Below, piece after piece: positions 20,891-33,382 of a DNA stretch of 64,000 nucleotides. Every line of letters begins with the position of its first letter. The stretch's first letter is position 1. Source of the DNA: Adineta vaga (lineage: Eukaryota; Animalia; Rotifera); assembly GCA_021613535.1 (NCBI GenBank), contig CP075497.1:9486001-9550000 (forward strand), given 5' to 3'. Position numbers and translations under genes: made by a program. A model generated the notes under the pieces. It ran no database searches, was not told the DNA's origin, and saw only the letters and a program-made list of their open reading frames with translations.

Positions 20891-22932
20891 ATGCCGTTTA
20901 ATAAACGGACCGTCGAACCAATCTGTTTAAGTCAGGTACAAATAGCAAAAGATGTTCCAAATGAACTCGAATGTGTTGCTAATCATACTTGTGCAAATGT
21001 TATTCGACAATTAAGTTCATTAAGTGCTCATGCACAAGATCTTTTCGAAGAATTAATCAATGATGCTGGTCATATCTTTCAACGTACAGAAGCATTACAT
21101 GGTCGAATTGAAAGACTTAAACGTCAAGTAACACAACTCGATTCAAATGTTGAAGAAGGTTAGTCTTCTTTTTCCATGTAATTTATCATTTTTATTTCTA
21201 TCGATGTTTATCTTAGTAACGATACAAGATGTTAATAATCGAAAACCATTTGTAAGTGTTACTCGTATCGATCAACAAGTGGTTAATCGTGCAACAATGC
21301 CAAAATCATTACATTTACTCTATGAACAAGCTGAACCTGCACCAGCTCTTCATCTTCTCAATCCATATCGGTTTGTTTTCGAAAGAAATATATAGTTATT
21401 TGCATAGAAAATGTTCTTTTTTTAATTTAGTGATGATGGCCGTGATTCAATGAAATTTTATACTGATCCGTCATTCTTTTTTAATTTATGGATGCAATCT
21501 ATGATACAATTTCCACAGAATCATCATGCTCATCGATCTGGTAAACATGAACGTCATCGATCACCGGTAAGATTTAATCGAAAAAGACTGTTACTAGATA
21601 CATGAATATGTTTTCGTACTTTTTTTTTAGAAAGGACAGCAACATCAACAAGAGTCAATCTATGCAACCAATCCGACATCATCATCTCAAGCACGTCTCA
21701 TTCAACAAACATCGGAAGAACAACAATATCGAAGTCCTCAAGAATTGGTTCGTCATCGAAATGATTTTGATCAAACTAATCGTGGTACTATTCGTTCACA
21801 AATGCATCAACAACAAATCTATTCACCATCAAATCCTCGTCAACTTATGCAATATCCAAATAATAATCATTTAAATTATCATCCTGATTTAGTGCAATAT
21901 GGCAGTCCTACCTTATTCAATACATCATCAATGCGTGAACAACAACCTATGATGATGCATTTTAATACAAGCACACCAGAATCGATATCTCATGTACCCA
22001 ATGGATACAATGGCGAACAATCACCTCGATTCAATGTTCATTCACCTATGATTACACGACAAGCTCCAGTACCACCACCTCCACCACCTTTACTATCGTC
22101 ACAATTTGATTCAACAAATCATATGTCACATCATTCAATGATGAGACAGACAATTACTAGACCATCGACTAGTCCACCACCGCCGCCTCCTCCACCGCCA
22201 GTTCCACCACCAGCACCGCCTCCACCGGTATGCGTCTCTTTCTTCGTGTTAAAAGAATCTTTTCAATATCATTTATTTCATCTTTAGAATATCGGTATGG
22301 TAACATTAGCAACGATTTCTGAAATCGATAGTTTACCACCACCACCAGCCGATTTTATCGAACACTCACCTTCACCACCACCGCCACCACCACCTCCATT
22401 TCCACCTTCATCACATGCTCCACCTCCACCTGCGCCTCCTATGCCATCAAACATTCCACCAGCACCACCTCTACCAAATTCTGCAATTCAATCACTTGTT
22501 ATGCGACCGTCCGAAGAAGATACATCAGCCAAACTCAAAAATAATGTACATAATCATCATCATCAACATCATAATTCATCTTCACATAGAGATGATGTGT
22601 CGATGACATCAGAAACATCTATTCAAGATCAACGTCCTTATATTAGCCGTGATCTTCACTCTGATCTCTTAGATGAAATCAAAAAAGGTAATAAAATCAA
22701 TAGTTTTCGCATGATTATAAATATTTTGATTATCGATTTAGGTATCCAATTGAATAATCGTAAGAAAGAAGAAGAAAAGAAAGCAGCAGCAGCCGCAGTA
22801 ACAACTAAAACACCATCATTGAATGTCATGGCTATCATGGAACAAGCTGCAAAATATCGTCGTGATAAAATTCGTCCTCAATCCGAATCCGAAAATGACG
22901 ACGAATCATCACGTTGGGATGATAGTGAATAA
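20891..22932 (+). CDS. WASF: WAVE/SCAR actin nucleation-promoting factor
   Basis: WHD domain (MPFNKRTVEP..ELECVANHTCANVIRQLSSLSAHAQDLFEEL; KFYTDPSFFFNLW), polyproline tracts, WH2-like SDLLDEIKKGIQL, and an acidic C-terminus containing Trp. Confidence 0.95.
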
Positions 22933-23054
22933 ACTTAGATCTGACTTCCATTGTACTCATGTTTTCTTGTCTTTTTCTCAAATATTGTATATAATCTCTT
23001 GTTTTGTTCTTCAATATTTAATGTTGATCATGTTCAATCAGTTTTTGTTTCGAG

Positions 23055-24170
23055 ATGAATAATAATCAGTCTGATATATACGATGAATTAATGTCGAAAG
23101 ATTGGATTAACCAACAATATGAGAGTGACGATGGTCTTGTTCGATACGATCAACCGCCAAGCTATGAAACATTTATTCGAGAATGTTTTCTAAAAAATCG
23201 ACCAGCACTTTTCACTGCTAAATGTGGTCTTATGAATGATTGGTCATGTCTTACTGAATGGTTAAATGAAGATCGAACAAAACCTGATTTTGATCGTTTA
23301 ATACAACTCTATGGTTCGATGGTAGTACCTGTTACTCAATGTGCATCAAATAATACTGAATATGGTTCGGAGGAAAATAAATCTACGATGCATTTCGATG
23401 AATTCGTTCAGTTTTGGCGTGATAATCATACTACAGGACAATATTATTGTAAAGATTGGCATTTACAAAAAATGTCGGATGAAACTAAACCGTTATTTTA
23501 TTCGATTCCAATTTATTTTCAATCAGATTGGCTTAACGAAAAATGTTTAACTGAGAAAGAGGATGATTTTCGTTTTGTTTATATGGGTGGTGATGGAACG
23601 AATACACCATTACATATGGATGTACTTGGAACATATTCATGGTCAGCAAATATTTGTGGTCAAAAACGATGGCAATTTACAAAACCTTATTCCATCGAAT
23701 TTATTCAGGAACCTGGTGACATTCTATTTGTTCCATCAGAATGGTATCATAATGTTACTAATATTGGTCATACAATATCGATTAATCATAATTGGCTTAA
23801 TGCATTTAATATATTTCGTATATGGAAACATCTATGTCTAACACTCGATGATATTGAACATAGAATTGAAGATTGTCGTGTAATCATGAGTGAAACATGG
23901 CATGAACATTGTCAATTAATACTTCAAGCAAATGAAGGTATGAATTTTACTTCACTCTACAAACTTCTACATACAATTGCTCAAAGACGAATACAAGAAG
24001 ATCCTAAAACACAATCTACAAAATTTGATCTATGGATAATCGAACAATTGATACGAACAATGTTACAAAGTTCTCGATTTTTATCTGCATGCGATTTTGA
24101 TACATTTCCTCAAAGACCAAAAGCATTACTTAAACAAATTCATTCGTGTATTGAAAAACAAAAGCAATAA
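23055..24170 (+). CDS. JMJD4: JmjC 2-oxoglutarate oxygenase JMJD4; intronless
   Basis: YCKDWHL, YFQSDWLN, DDFRFVYMG, HxD (HMD), SWSANICGQKRW, FVPSEWYH, TISINHNW. Confidence 0.93.
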   Translation: MNNNQSDIYDELMSKDWINQQYESDDGLVRYDQPPSYETFIRECFLKNRPALFTAKCGLMNDWSCLTEWLNEDRTKPDFDRLIQLYGSMVVPVTQCASNNTEYGSEENKSTMHFDEFVQFWRDNHTTGQYYCKDWHLQKMSDETKPLFYSIPIYFQSDWLNEKCLTEKEDDFRFVYMGGDGTNTPLHMDVLGTYSWSANICGQKRWQFTKPYSIEFIQEPGDILFVPSEWYHNVTNIGHTISINHNWLNAFNIFRIWKHLCLTLDDIEHRIEDCRVIMSETWHEHCQLILQANEGMNFTSLYKLLHTIAQRRIQEDPKTQSTKFDLWIIEQLIRTMLQSSRFLSACDFDTFPQRPKALLKQIHSCIEKQKQ

Positions 24171-24225
24171 AATGAGTGTATGGACGGATTAAAACAAAAA
24201 AAAAGAACTAATTATCTTTTGTTTT

Positions 24226-25354
24226 CTATTCGAAAAATGATGGACCTTCATAAAAATTTGATAAAATAATAACATGTCGTTTGATTGGATCAATAATCAT
24301 ATATGCAAAATCTTGTTCATATGCTGTACGTGATGGATAGAATTTTTTACCATTTTCATTCTAAAATAAAAACATTTTCTTTGATGATTAATTACAAAAT
24401 GTATTTACCAATGCTTCAATTTTAAATACAGGTGAAACAATTTGAATTGTTTGAGTTTCGGCATCTTTTTGAACACTAATTAATTCTTTATAAACAGATT
24501 TTGTTACATCGAGATACGGTTGAACTTCATCTTCATATTCTAGAAAGAAAACTTATAAATACATTTATTTATTCACTTTAATTGTATAACTTACGACAGA
24601 CTTGTCCACCAAGACAAAAATGTTTAAATAAACTAAAAACGAAAAGAAAAACATACTTTCGTTCATGTTTAAAAAAGACTATTTTTATACTGAAATATGA
24701 ATTCCTTGCGATCATTATCCGAAAACAGATCATAACCATCGAATTCATCCATAATTAAAACCTAAACAGATTAATGAATAAATGACTTGATTAATTTTAG
24801 TTTACTTTTCGAAGTTCATCATCAACAATAAATTCATCTTTATATTCTTCAATACATTTTTTAATATGTCCACTTTGTTGACGTACAACTTGATTATTAA
24901 ATAATCGATCAAAGAATTCCAAAGATAAAACATTAGTTTGTAATTGTTCAATTCGAACGTCATGAATGGATTGATTCAATAATTGCCATTCACCTGCTTT
25001 TGTAAACATTTTCAATGTATTGAGAACAGTTGGATCTTTGAAAAAATCCTACGAATCATTCGATTAGATTATTAATAAAATTTTGAAATCATTCAATTTT
25101 TTACCAGAATAAATTTTCGAACATTATATTCTTGGAATGGTTGATCAAATATATACATATTTACTCGAATTTTACCACGTATACCCCTACGAACATAGAA
25201 TACAAATCAGTTTGTATAGGAAAAGTTGAACATACCATTTTATTAAATGATCTCGATTTTGTTTACCATTGATACTTTCGAAATTTTTCTCGATTACTTG
25301 AAAACGATATTCACCAACTGAAGGATGATTAATAACATTCTCATTATCATTCAT
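24226..25354 (-). CDS. CFAP300: Cilia- and flagella-associated protein 300 (dynein assembly factor); multi-exon
   Basis: Spliced translation gives FDQPFQEY..DFFKDPTV, LSLEFFDRL, DDELRK, EFIFHLFKHFCLGGQVCQYED..YLDVTKSVYKELISVQKD, and YEQDFAYMIIDP. Confidence 0.9.
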
Positions 25355-25558
25355 TTCAATCTAAAATATGAATAAACGAACATGTGATCGTTTGTTAAGC
25401 TAATGTTCTCTCAATCATATTCTATCATAAAGAAACTGAGTGACATATAGTATACAAGTCAAAACATCACGGATCAGTTTCACATGGAAACAATAAGCAA
25501 AAATTATGTTTGTTAGAAAAAACGAATAAATCTAGTCTTTATTGATCGAATTGAAATA

Positions 25559-27179
25559 TTAACTATTAACTTCGACAAACATTGCTTGTTGTTGAGTATC
25601 ATTGATCGTATGACCATTGGATTCATCCTTACTGATGACAGGTTCACTTGGTGTAAATAAGATACCATTCAATTGACAAGGTCCAGCAAATATATCTGGT
25701 CCATTTTCAATACCAAGTACGTATTTTGGATGTATTGCAAGTGCTCTTAATAATGTTTGACTTGTCGAACATAAACGATCTTGTTCTTCTATTGTCATTA
25801 TTGGTTGAGATCGAGCTGGATTCATATGAGGATCACTAATTGGATCATATAATCCACTGGAACCTGGTAGAAATAAACCACTTGATAGAAGTTGTAATGC
25901 TCGTCTAAAGAAAACCAAACACGCAATGAATAATAAAAAAAAAACATTGCAAATGTTAAATACTTTAATGCATAACTTGGTGGTAATTGTTCTTTTGAAT
26001 TGGTATTTGTGACACAATGATGAGCAAGTAAATTAATTAGCCATGGATTAAGTGGTTCAAGACCACTGAAACGTTGTCTTAAATCTTTTAATAAACGTAC
26101 AAGAAGTTTATTTGATGGATGACTACAAGCTTCATCAACCCATTTGGCATGTTTTATTGCATTGAAATTACGTTTACATATAGCTCGATCTAAATGAATG
26201 GTTGAATCAAGAGAATTCCAATTTGCTGGTAAGGTTGTTAACAAAAGATGCACAGTCATTTGTCTATTTTGAATTGAAAGACCATAATCAGTCATATTCA
26301 TCGAAAGTACTATGTGGAATAATTGTTCTTACAAAATTTAATATTTAAAACGCTTTGAAACTTACCTTCGGCTTCATTGGGTAGATTTTCATCGAGAAGA
26401 TCTTGTTTAATACGATTACCTAATTGTTCTATTGCCTCTCCTAAATTGAAAATATAAGTAGTATACAATGATTAGCAAAAACTAGTTGAATTTATAAATA
26501 ATTAACATACTTGTTGGTAATGTTTTTAGGACAACAACCAGATCATATGTAAGTAGAGTTTGAGAGTCGGGAGATGGTTTTATTAGTGTATTATGTTTAT
26601 ATGAACCAACATCACGAACTTCATTGACTTGCTAAACAAAAAACGAAGATAAAGAGATTTTAAAGAAGCAAATTGATTCTATAAATGAACATACACAAGC
26701 CGTAAATGAACTTGGTGAGAGAACTAAAGTATCAATTTTTTGTCGAATACGTGATGCAAAAGTCATCAGAGCAAATAAATCAGCAGATGCTGGTGTTACT
26801 TGTTGATTACGTTCCATAATAATCTAGAAAACAAAAATTGAAGAGATAATTTTAATAAAAGAATAAATGACCTACCGGTGTTAATGTTGAATCTTCGATA
26901 TGTTCCTTCATCGATGGAAATGCTTCGGGTAACTGGAGAAAAAAAAAGAAATCATATTAGAAAATATGAATTGAAGTGTAAAACATACGTTGAGAAAATC
27001 AAAAACATCATGTAATTGTCCTTGTTGAAATTGATGTTGTGAATGTGAAGAAGAGGAAGGACTAAATTGATCAATAAGTTTATTTTTGAAAATAATCAAA
27101 TCTTTCTCTACCGATATGATTGTTGATATGGAGGTCGATTCTGTCGCCAAGATGGGAAACGTGGTCGACTACGACGCAT
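25559..27179 (-). CDS. ILF2: Interleukin enhancer-binding factor 2 (NF45, DZF domain)
   Basis: Arg-rich N-terminus, FDFLN, VREVGSYK, VVLKTLPT, AIKHAKW, LVRLLKDLRQRFSGLEPLNPW, RALQLLSSGLFLPGSSG, EEQDRLCSTSQTLLR. Confidence 0.92.
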
Positions 27180-27550
27180 TTCAATTATTTTCTAAATAAT
27201 AACTTTGACCTGATTTCTTTTTTTGTATCTATTTGTTACTTACATTTTTCTTCGTTCTATTGCTAGCGAACCATATGTTGATAAAATAAAATGATTATGG
27301 TGATAGTTACCGACAGATGTCGTTTAAAACTTACGTCTTAAAATATTTAGTTTTTTTTAAAAATATACCTCTAAATGGTTTCATCCCTCATCCAATATAA
27401 GTCTCAGTGACTATTTACTGAGATATTTTTATATGACCTTTGACCCATTAATATTTATGTAGAGTATTCTAATTCTTTTATCTTGTTTCACTATAGTTTT
27501 TCTACAATAAGAATAGCTATCGGTCGTTTACTCTTTAGATTTATATTACG

Positions 27551-28900
27551 ATGGCATCACCACCGATTCATATAAAGATATTATTCCTCATTGGACAACT
27601 TGTTCTTGTATTATTTTACGGTACATTAGGAACAGTTCTTACTTTCCTTGGTTTTCTTCGAAGTGGTCCGAATAAGTTCTTTCGAAAAGTTGAACGATCA
27701 ACACCACCACCACAAGCACTTGATCCTATCTATGGCGAACATAAAATGATAAAATTAAAAGTAAGTTTATATATTATCAAATGTATGCATTTGTTTCTAT
27801 ATGATCTTAGTCATCGGGTGTTACACTTCATTATGTTTCGAAAGGTACATCTGATAAACCTTTGATGTTATTTGTTCATGGTTTTCCTGAATGTTGGTAT
27901 ACTTGGAGATATCAAATGAAATATTTTTCTGAAAAATATCGGTAGAATCAATTAGTATTCAGATGAATATTATTATTTCTTTATGTTTTTAAGGGTTGTT
28001 GCTATTGACCAACGTGGTTATGGCCTTAGTTCAAAACCTTCCAGTATTAGTGATTATAAAGTTGAATTACTAGCTCGTGATGTTGCTGACGTTATTGAAC
28101 AACTTGGTTAGATTGAAAAATTCAATGTTTCCTCTTTTCATTAACAAGTATATTTTTAGGTTATAAATCTTGTGTTTTAGTTGGTCATGATTGGGGTGCT
28201 ATCGTTTCATGGACAGTTGCAATGCTGTATGTTTAAATAATTTATTTTTCTTATTGAATCTCTTGTCTATTAGTTATCCAACTTTGATCAATAAATTAGT
28301 TATAATGAATGTTCCACATCCTAAAGCCTTTGAAGCAAATTTATCATTCAGACAACTCCGTCGATCATGGTACCTATAATACGAAAAAGACGACGATATT
28401 GGATCAATAGCTATTGTGTTCTAGGTATATGTTCTTCTATCAAACTCCATTCATTCCTGAATTATTATTTCAATCTAACGATTTTGAAATTTTCAAACAA
28501 GTTTTTCTTGGAAAACCTATGGGCTTAATTAATCAAAATAATTTGACTAGGGACGATCTTGAAGTATTCAAATATACATTTGCTCAAGAAGGTACGTAAC
28601 AAAAAATTCGATTACGACTATCTACAGATTGATTTATATATAGGAACAGCACATGCGGCAATCAATTATTATCGCGCTTTGTTTAGAAATCAAAAAGAAG
28701 AATTACAGAAACGAATTATTGTACCCGTATTGATTGTATGGGGTTGTCAAGATGGAGCAATCGGTGAAGAACTTGCTGATGCTAGTACAAAATATTGTTC
28801 AGATGTTCGATTGAAAAAAATTCGAGATGCATCACATTGGGTTCAACAAGATGTTCCCGATGAAGTGAATAAATATATGGAAGCTTTTCTTAATGAATAA
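27551..28900 (+). CDS. Epoxide hydrolase, EPHX3/EPHX4-like alpha/beta hydrolase; multi-exon
   Basis: N-terminal TM segment, [19 protein letters not shown], nucleophile motif GHDWG, INYYRA, catalytic SHWVQ. Confidence 0.9.
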
Positions 28901-29262
28901 CTTATCATCAAATGGAGAATTATTGATTAAAACAATCCGTCTATTTTTCTTTTTCCGATAACATATGGCGTACTTTTTGTTTTGAAAAGATATTTAGCAT
29001 TTCGTATGATTATTAAATACTAAGATAAACGTATAACGATTTTATATTGATCTATTAGACATATACTATGTGAATCAGTAAACGAACGAAAAGCATTATT
29101 ATGTAAATATACACCATACTAATACTTCTAATACTACTAAGAAAATCAAGTGATAACATATGATTTACCGGTAAAAGCAAAATCATAGAATTTTTCTCTT
29201 TTCCCAAACCTCATACATATACGATAATCGATTAAGAAGAACATCAACGAGCACGTTTCAAG

Positions 29263-29723
29263 ATGATGATCCGTATGATAATCATACCGTTTATGCTATT
29301 CATTCTATTTGGTATATAGTTGATCTCTACTTTTGACCATGACTTTATTTCTTCTGAATGTTTAGAAATATGTCAATCGCGTAAGTATAAATATAAACTT
29401 GCGTCGACGACAACGCCAAAAGATCATCTCATTGTAAAAAAATATCTTTTAAAACCATTGAAAAAGAAATCAATAGAATCGAAACGTGAGTAAAACGAAA
29501 CTTCTTTATTAATAAGATATATTTCAATGTCTTTGTTTCTTTTTATCGAAAAGCCGCATTATGTAAATTACCGAAAAATGTGGGTTTATGTCGCCAATCA
29601 AAATTACGATTTTACTATGATTCAAAACTCAATAAATGTCAAACTTTCACGTATACTGGTTGTCGTGGGAATAAAAACAATTTTCGATCAGCTCTTATAT
29701 GTGAAAAAACATGCAAAAACTAA
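29263..29723 (+). CDS. Secreted single-domain Kunitz/BPTI protein; 3 exons; correct frame absent from the ORF track
   Basis: Signal peptide MMIRMIIIPFMLFILF, a Lys-rich linker, then CKLPKNVGLCRQSKLRFYYDSKLNKCQTFTYTGCRGNKNNFRSALICEKTC with the canonical six Cys and FxYxGCxGNxNNF. Confidence 0.9.
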
Positions 29724-30185
29724 ATTATGTTCTTATTGATAAATTTTTCTGTCTAGATTTAGATCGATTTATTTAAATATACAATTCTAGATTAGGACAA
29801 GGCAAGAAAGTATTGTTCTTATAATGAATCATAGAATCATTGCATGAATAAGTTCTAAATGTATTTATTATATCATTAGTAATAACGACACAAATATAAA
29901 ATCTTATATATATATATATATATCTGAGTAGAGAAATGGAAAAAGAAAGTTTTTTTTTCTGCCATTTCTTACTTGTATTACACCTCTAAAAACTATCAAA
30001 GAATGATTCATAATGATGCTTTTTGCATCGATAGAACATAATCAAGAAACAGCATTTGTTTGATTATTATAAAGTTGACAATTTCTAAAGAATCAGTATA
30101 CTCCCTCGTATATCAAATGATAGAAAAAAAAACATTTTCTCTCATCTGATTCATAAGTCTATTTTGTTTTCGTGTCAAGGTTGTC

Positions 30186-30193
30186 TATATAAA
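30186..30193 (+). promoter_or_regulatory. Putative TATA box of the orphan gene
   Basis: TATATAAA 60 nt upstream of ATG 30254. Confidence 0.45.
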
Positions 30194-30253
30194 TACCCGC
30201 TTTATAATATTATTCTCATTGCAGAATTATTCACATTATTCTGTACCATAGTG

Positions 30254-31307
30254 ATGGTATTCAGTAAAGAACATGCAATCGAATGTTTAGCTAAAACACC
30301 TATAGCATTTATTGGTACTATCACTGATGTTATTCTAGGTCTGTCTACACGTTCAATGCCACCAATAGATCATTATAAATTGCGATTTCAAAATATTCGA
30401 TCTTTACGTGGATCTATTAATGGAACAGAATTTGATTATCAACAACGAGGTAGTAATGGACAGGGAATGTTAAGAATTATTCAGAATCCTGATGGTTCAG
30501 AAACAATAGCAAATGATACACAAGAAAAAGAAGTTCGAGAACCAACATCTGGTTTAACTTATCTGGCATGTATTAGTGATGGACAATTTATCAGTACACT
30601 TGTTGAATTAGATAATAATACTATTGAACAATTACTTCAATCATCTCAAATGCCGTTAGGATGGAATAAACAATCGAATGGACAAATGGAAAGTCCATGG
30701 CAACATTCGCATGCAAAACATGCTAAATGGTACAATAATCAACGTTTTGCTGGTTGTGAGAAATGTTTCAAAACTGGTCGACCATTACTAATTACTCACG
30801 AAGATATTTCATTTTCATGTGAACCTGTCAAAGCTCTTCAAACAAAAGAATATCAAAATCCAGATGGTGATGGTATGTAGAAGATAGTTCTCGAACTTGC
30901 TTTTTTTTATTTTATTCGATTTATTTTCAGGTGTCTTTCAATTAACAGTGACAAATAAAAGTAATCGACCTGTTGAAATACCTGCTTTACTACGTGATAT
31001 TCGTTCGAAAAAAATTCTTTGGGAAGAAAGTATTTTTGTCATAACAGATGCTGGTAATCATTTCTTTCCTGGACATGGCCATGCTCATGACGTTGAATCA
31101 ACTATTCTTGAACCACATGAAAGCGTTTCAACGAAATTAGATACATTAACTCTACATGGTTTATCATGGCCACAAGGTGGTTGGCGTTTAAAACTAAGAT
31201 TTTGTTTAGGAGATAAAGCAACCGAAGGAAACTATTATTATTTTACTGATCATCATGAACCAATACGTAAGAAAGCAGAGAAGAAAAAGACTGCTTTGGT
31301 TGATTAG
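30254..31307 (+). CDS. Uncharacterised soluble protein of about 330 aa; one intron (30874-30930); no animal family recognised
   Basis: Two long ORFs joined in frame by a GTATGT..TTTCAG intron (QNPDGDG-VFQLTVTN), with coding-like composition. Confidence 0.8.
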
Positions 31308-31628
31308 ATTAAACAATTTTTCTTTCTTTTCTTTTTACTTATAATATTCTATCGGCACTAAAAAGAGAATGTGATGTACAGATTCATTTATTTACTAATA
31401 AACAGCAAAAAACTGAATCTACGATTTATTAACTTTAACTATCTGATTGATAAAATTTGATTTATTCTTTAAAGATTCATAAATGACAATCAATATATGT
31501 AGATAAAGTACACGCGTAGTTTAATTAAGAACACTATATTTAGTTCAGAAAAAAAAGAGTTTTACACATACTGTTTATGAAGATATTTAATAATGGATTA
31601 TAATGTTGACTAGAAAAAGAATTCATTT

Positions 31629-33282
31629 TTAATCTGTTGATATTAATTCTTGTGTGAGACATAAACGAGAAAATACTATTCCACCAGTGGGAATATTATC
31701 GGTTGATGTTATTTGCTCAATGTTTTGTCCCATAACTGCGGCATGAAAATGTTTATTTTCCTCGGTAGATGCTGGATGATGACGACGACGACGACGATCC
31801 GTATCGAGAAAAACTGTTAATTGAACAGATGTAGGCGTGGAAGGTAATGGTGATGTTGTTGATGAGTAATTTTCAATATGGAGTGAAGAAATTTCAATAT
31901 GAATAGTTGATATGGAATCTTTAATTCGAAATGAATATGCATAACTTGGAAAAACTAGATTTTCATCAACTTGAGATGAACCTTGAGAATTTTCATAGGC
32001 AACTTCAATTGATCCAGTTCGAGAAATGGTTATTGTCATTCCTAAAAGATCTTTTATATTGACAAAAACAATTCTTAAAATAAAGAAAATAATTGACCTG
32101 CTTTTGATATATGTTCAGTTTCAGCTAAATAACATAGAACAGCTTGTGATTGTGATGATGATGCATCGGAAAGAAAGTCAATTACTCCAGACCATGTACA
32201 AGCTTTTGTTGAATCAAATGTTTGTTTTGTGCGTAAGAATACATTTGATTTTAATAAAACAGCACTAAAATCTGATACTAAGACATTATCTTCTTGTCCA
32301 ACAATCGTATGCCAATCATCTTTCATTGAATGAGATATTTCTTCGTCATCTTCTTTTTCATTGTGTTTATAAAAATTCTCTTGAATTAATTTATCAAACG
32401 GTGCTGGTAAATCATAATAAATTAATGAACGATTAAAATATTTACGAAATTTTAATAAACGTTGCCAATTTTCAGTTGTATTTTCAACTTCATTAACTGG
32501 TGACCAAAATGTTAGACCTGATTTCGTCACTGTTGCAAGCCAATGAAGTTGCTCAAATGAATTTAATGCCAATGAAAAACGAATAGGAAATGTAATTTCA
32601 AAATTAAATAAAGAATAATTATCATCTTTTGTAATTGTTCGATACATATTGATAACACTTGACCATGTGTAAGAAGTTGTTGTTTTATCATAAATAGTTG
32701 TCCAACCAAGAGAAAATGAAACCATTAAGATTGGAATAACACGAAAAGCAAAAGTTAGATTTTGAGTTAGAAAACGTTGAGCATCTATGGGTTGAGTACA
32801 TTGAGAATTTGCACGAACAATATCGGCATTAAGAATAATTGGACCATTTATCTAAAATATTTAACTTTATTAAAGAAAGAAAGAATTGTATGCATTTAAC
32901 TGTATCTTTTTGTGCTTCAAGTTCATCAAGACATGGTTGTAATGCATTGATATCTTTGAAATCCAGTTTAAGACCTTTACTTGTTGTTTTCACGGCATGA
33001 AGAAATTCAGCAAACGTTAAATCACTTGTTGTATGTGGTGGATGAGCCATAATTGGACCGTTCGTTGATGAACCCATTAGAACATCCGCTTCAATAAATA
33101 GTGCAAAACCTATGAACAAGCAAACATTTTATTTAATGAATCATTCATAGTAAACTTACCTCTGAGTGTCTCGTTAATTTTTCCCGACTATTAACAGCAT
33201 GTGCCCATGTCACTCGTGATGCATCATTTTCCACACTTGGAAAATAATGTAATGTATGTTGAAAATGTCGTATATCACTCAT
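31629..33282 (-). CDS. FAM151: FAM151/menorin-family protein with a C-terminal extension; apparent 1-nt frameshift at about 33175
   Basis: VTWAHAVNS, FIEADV, PIMAHPP, KGLKLDFK, LNADI, SLGWTT, ITFPIR, LTFW, IYYDL. Confidence 0.85.
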
Positions 33283-33382
33283 TGCTATCGTATTAATCTA
33301 GAAATTGATAATAAATGTAAAGATTTCCTATTCATTATATACAAATATATTTAATCTAGAAATTTTAACAAAAAAAAAATTT

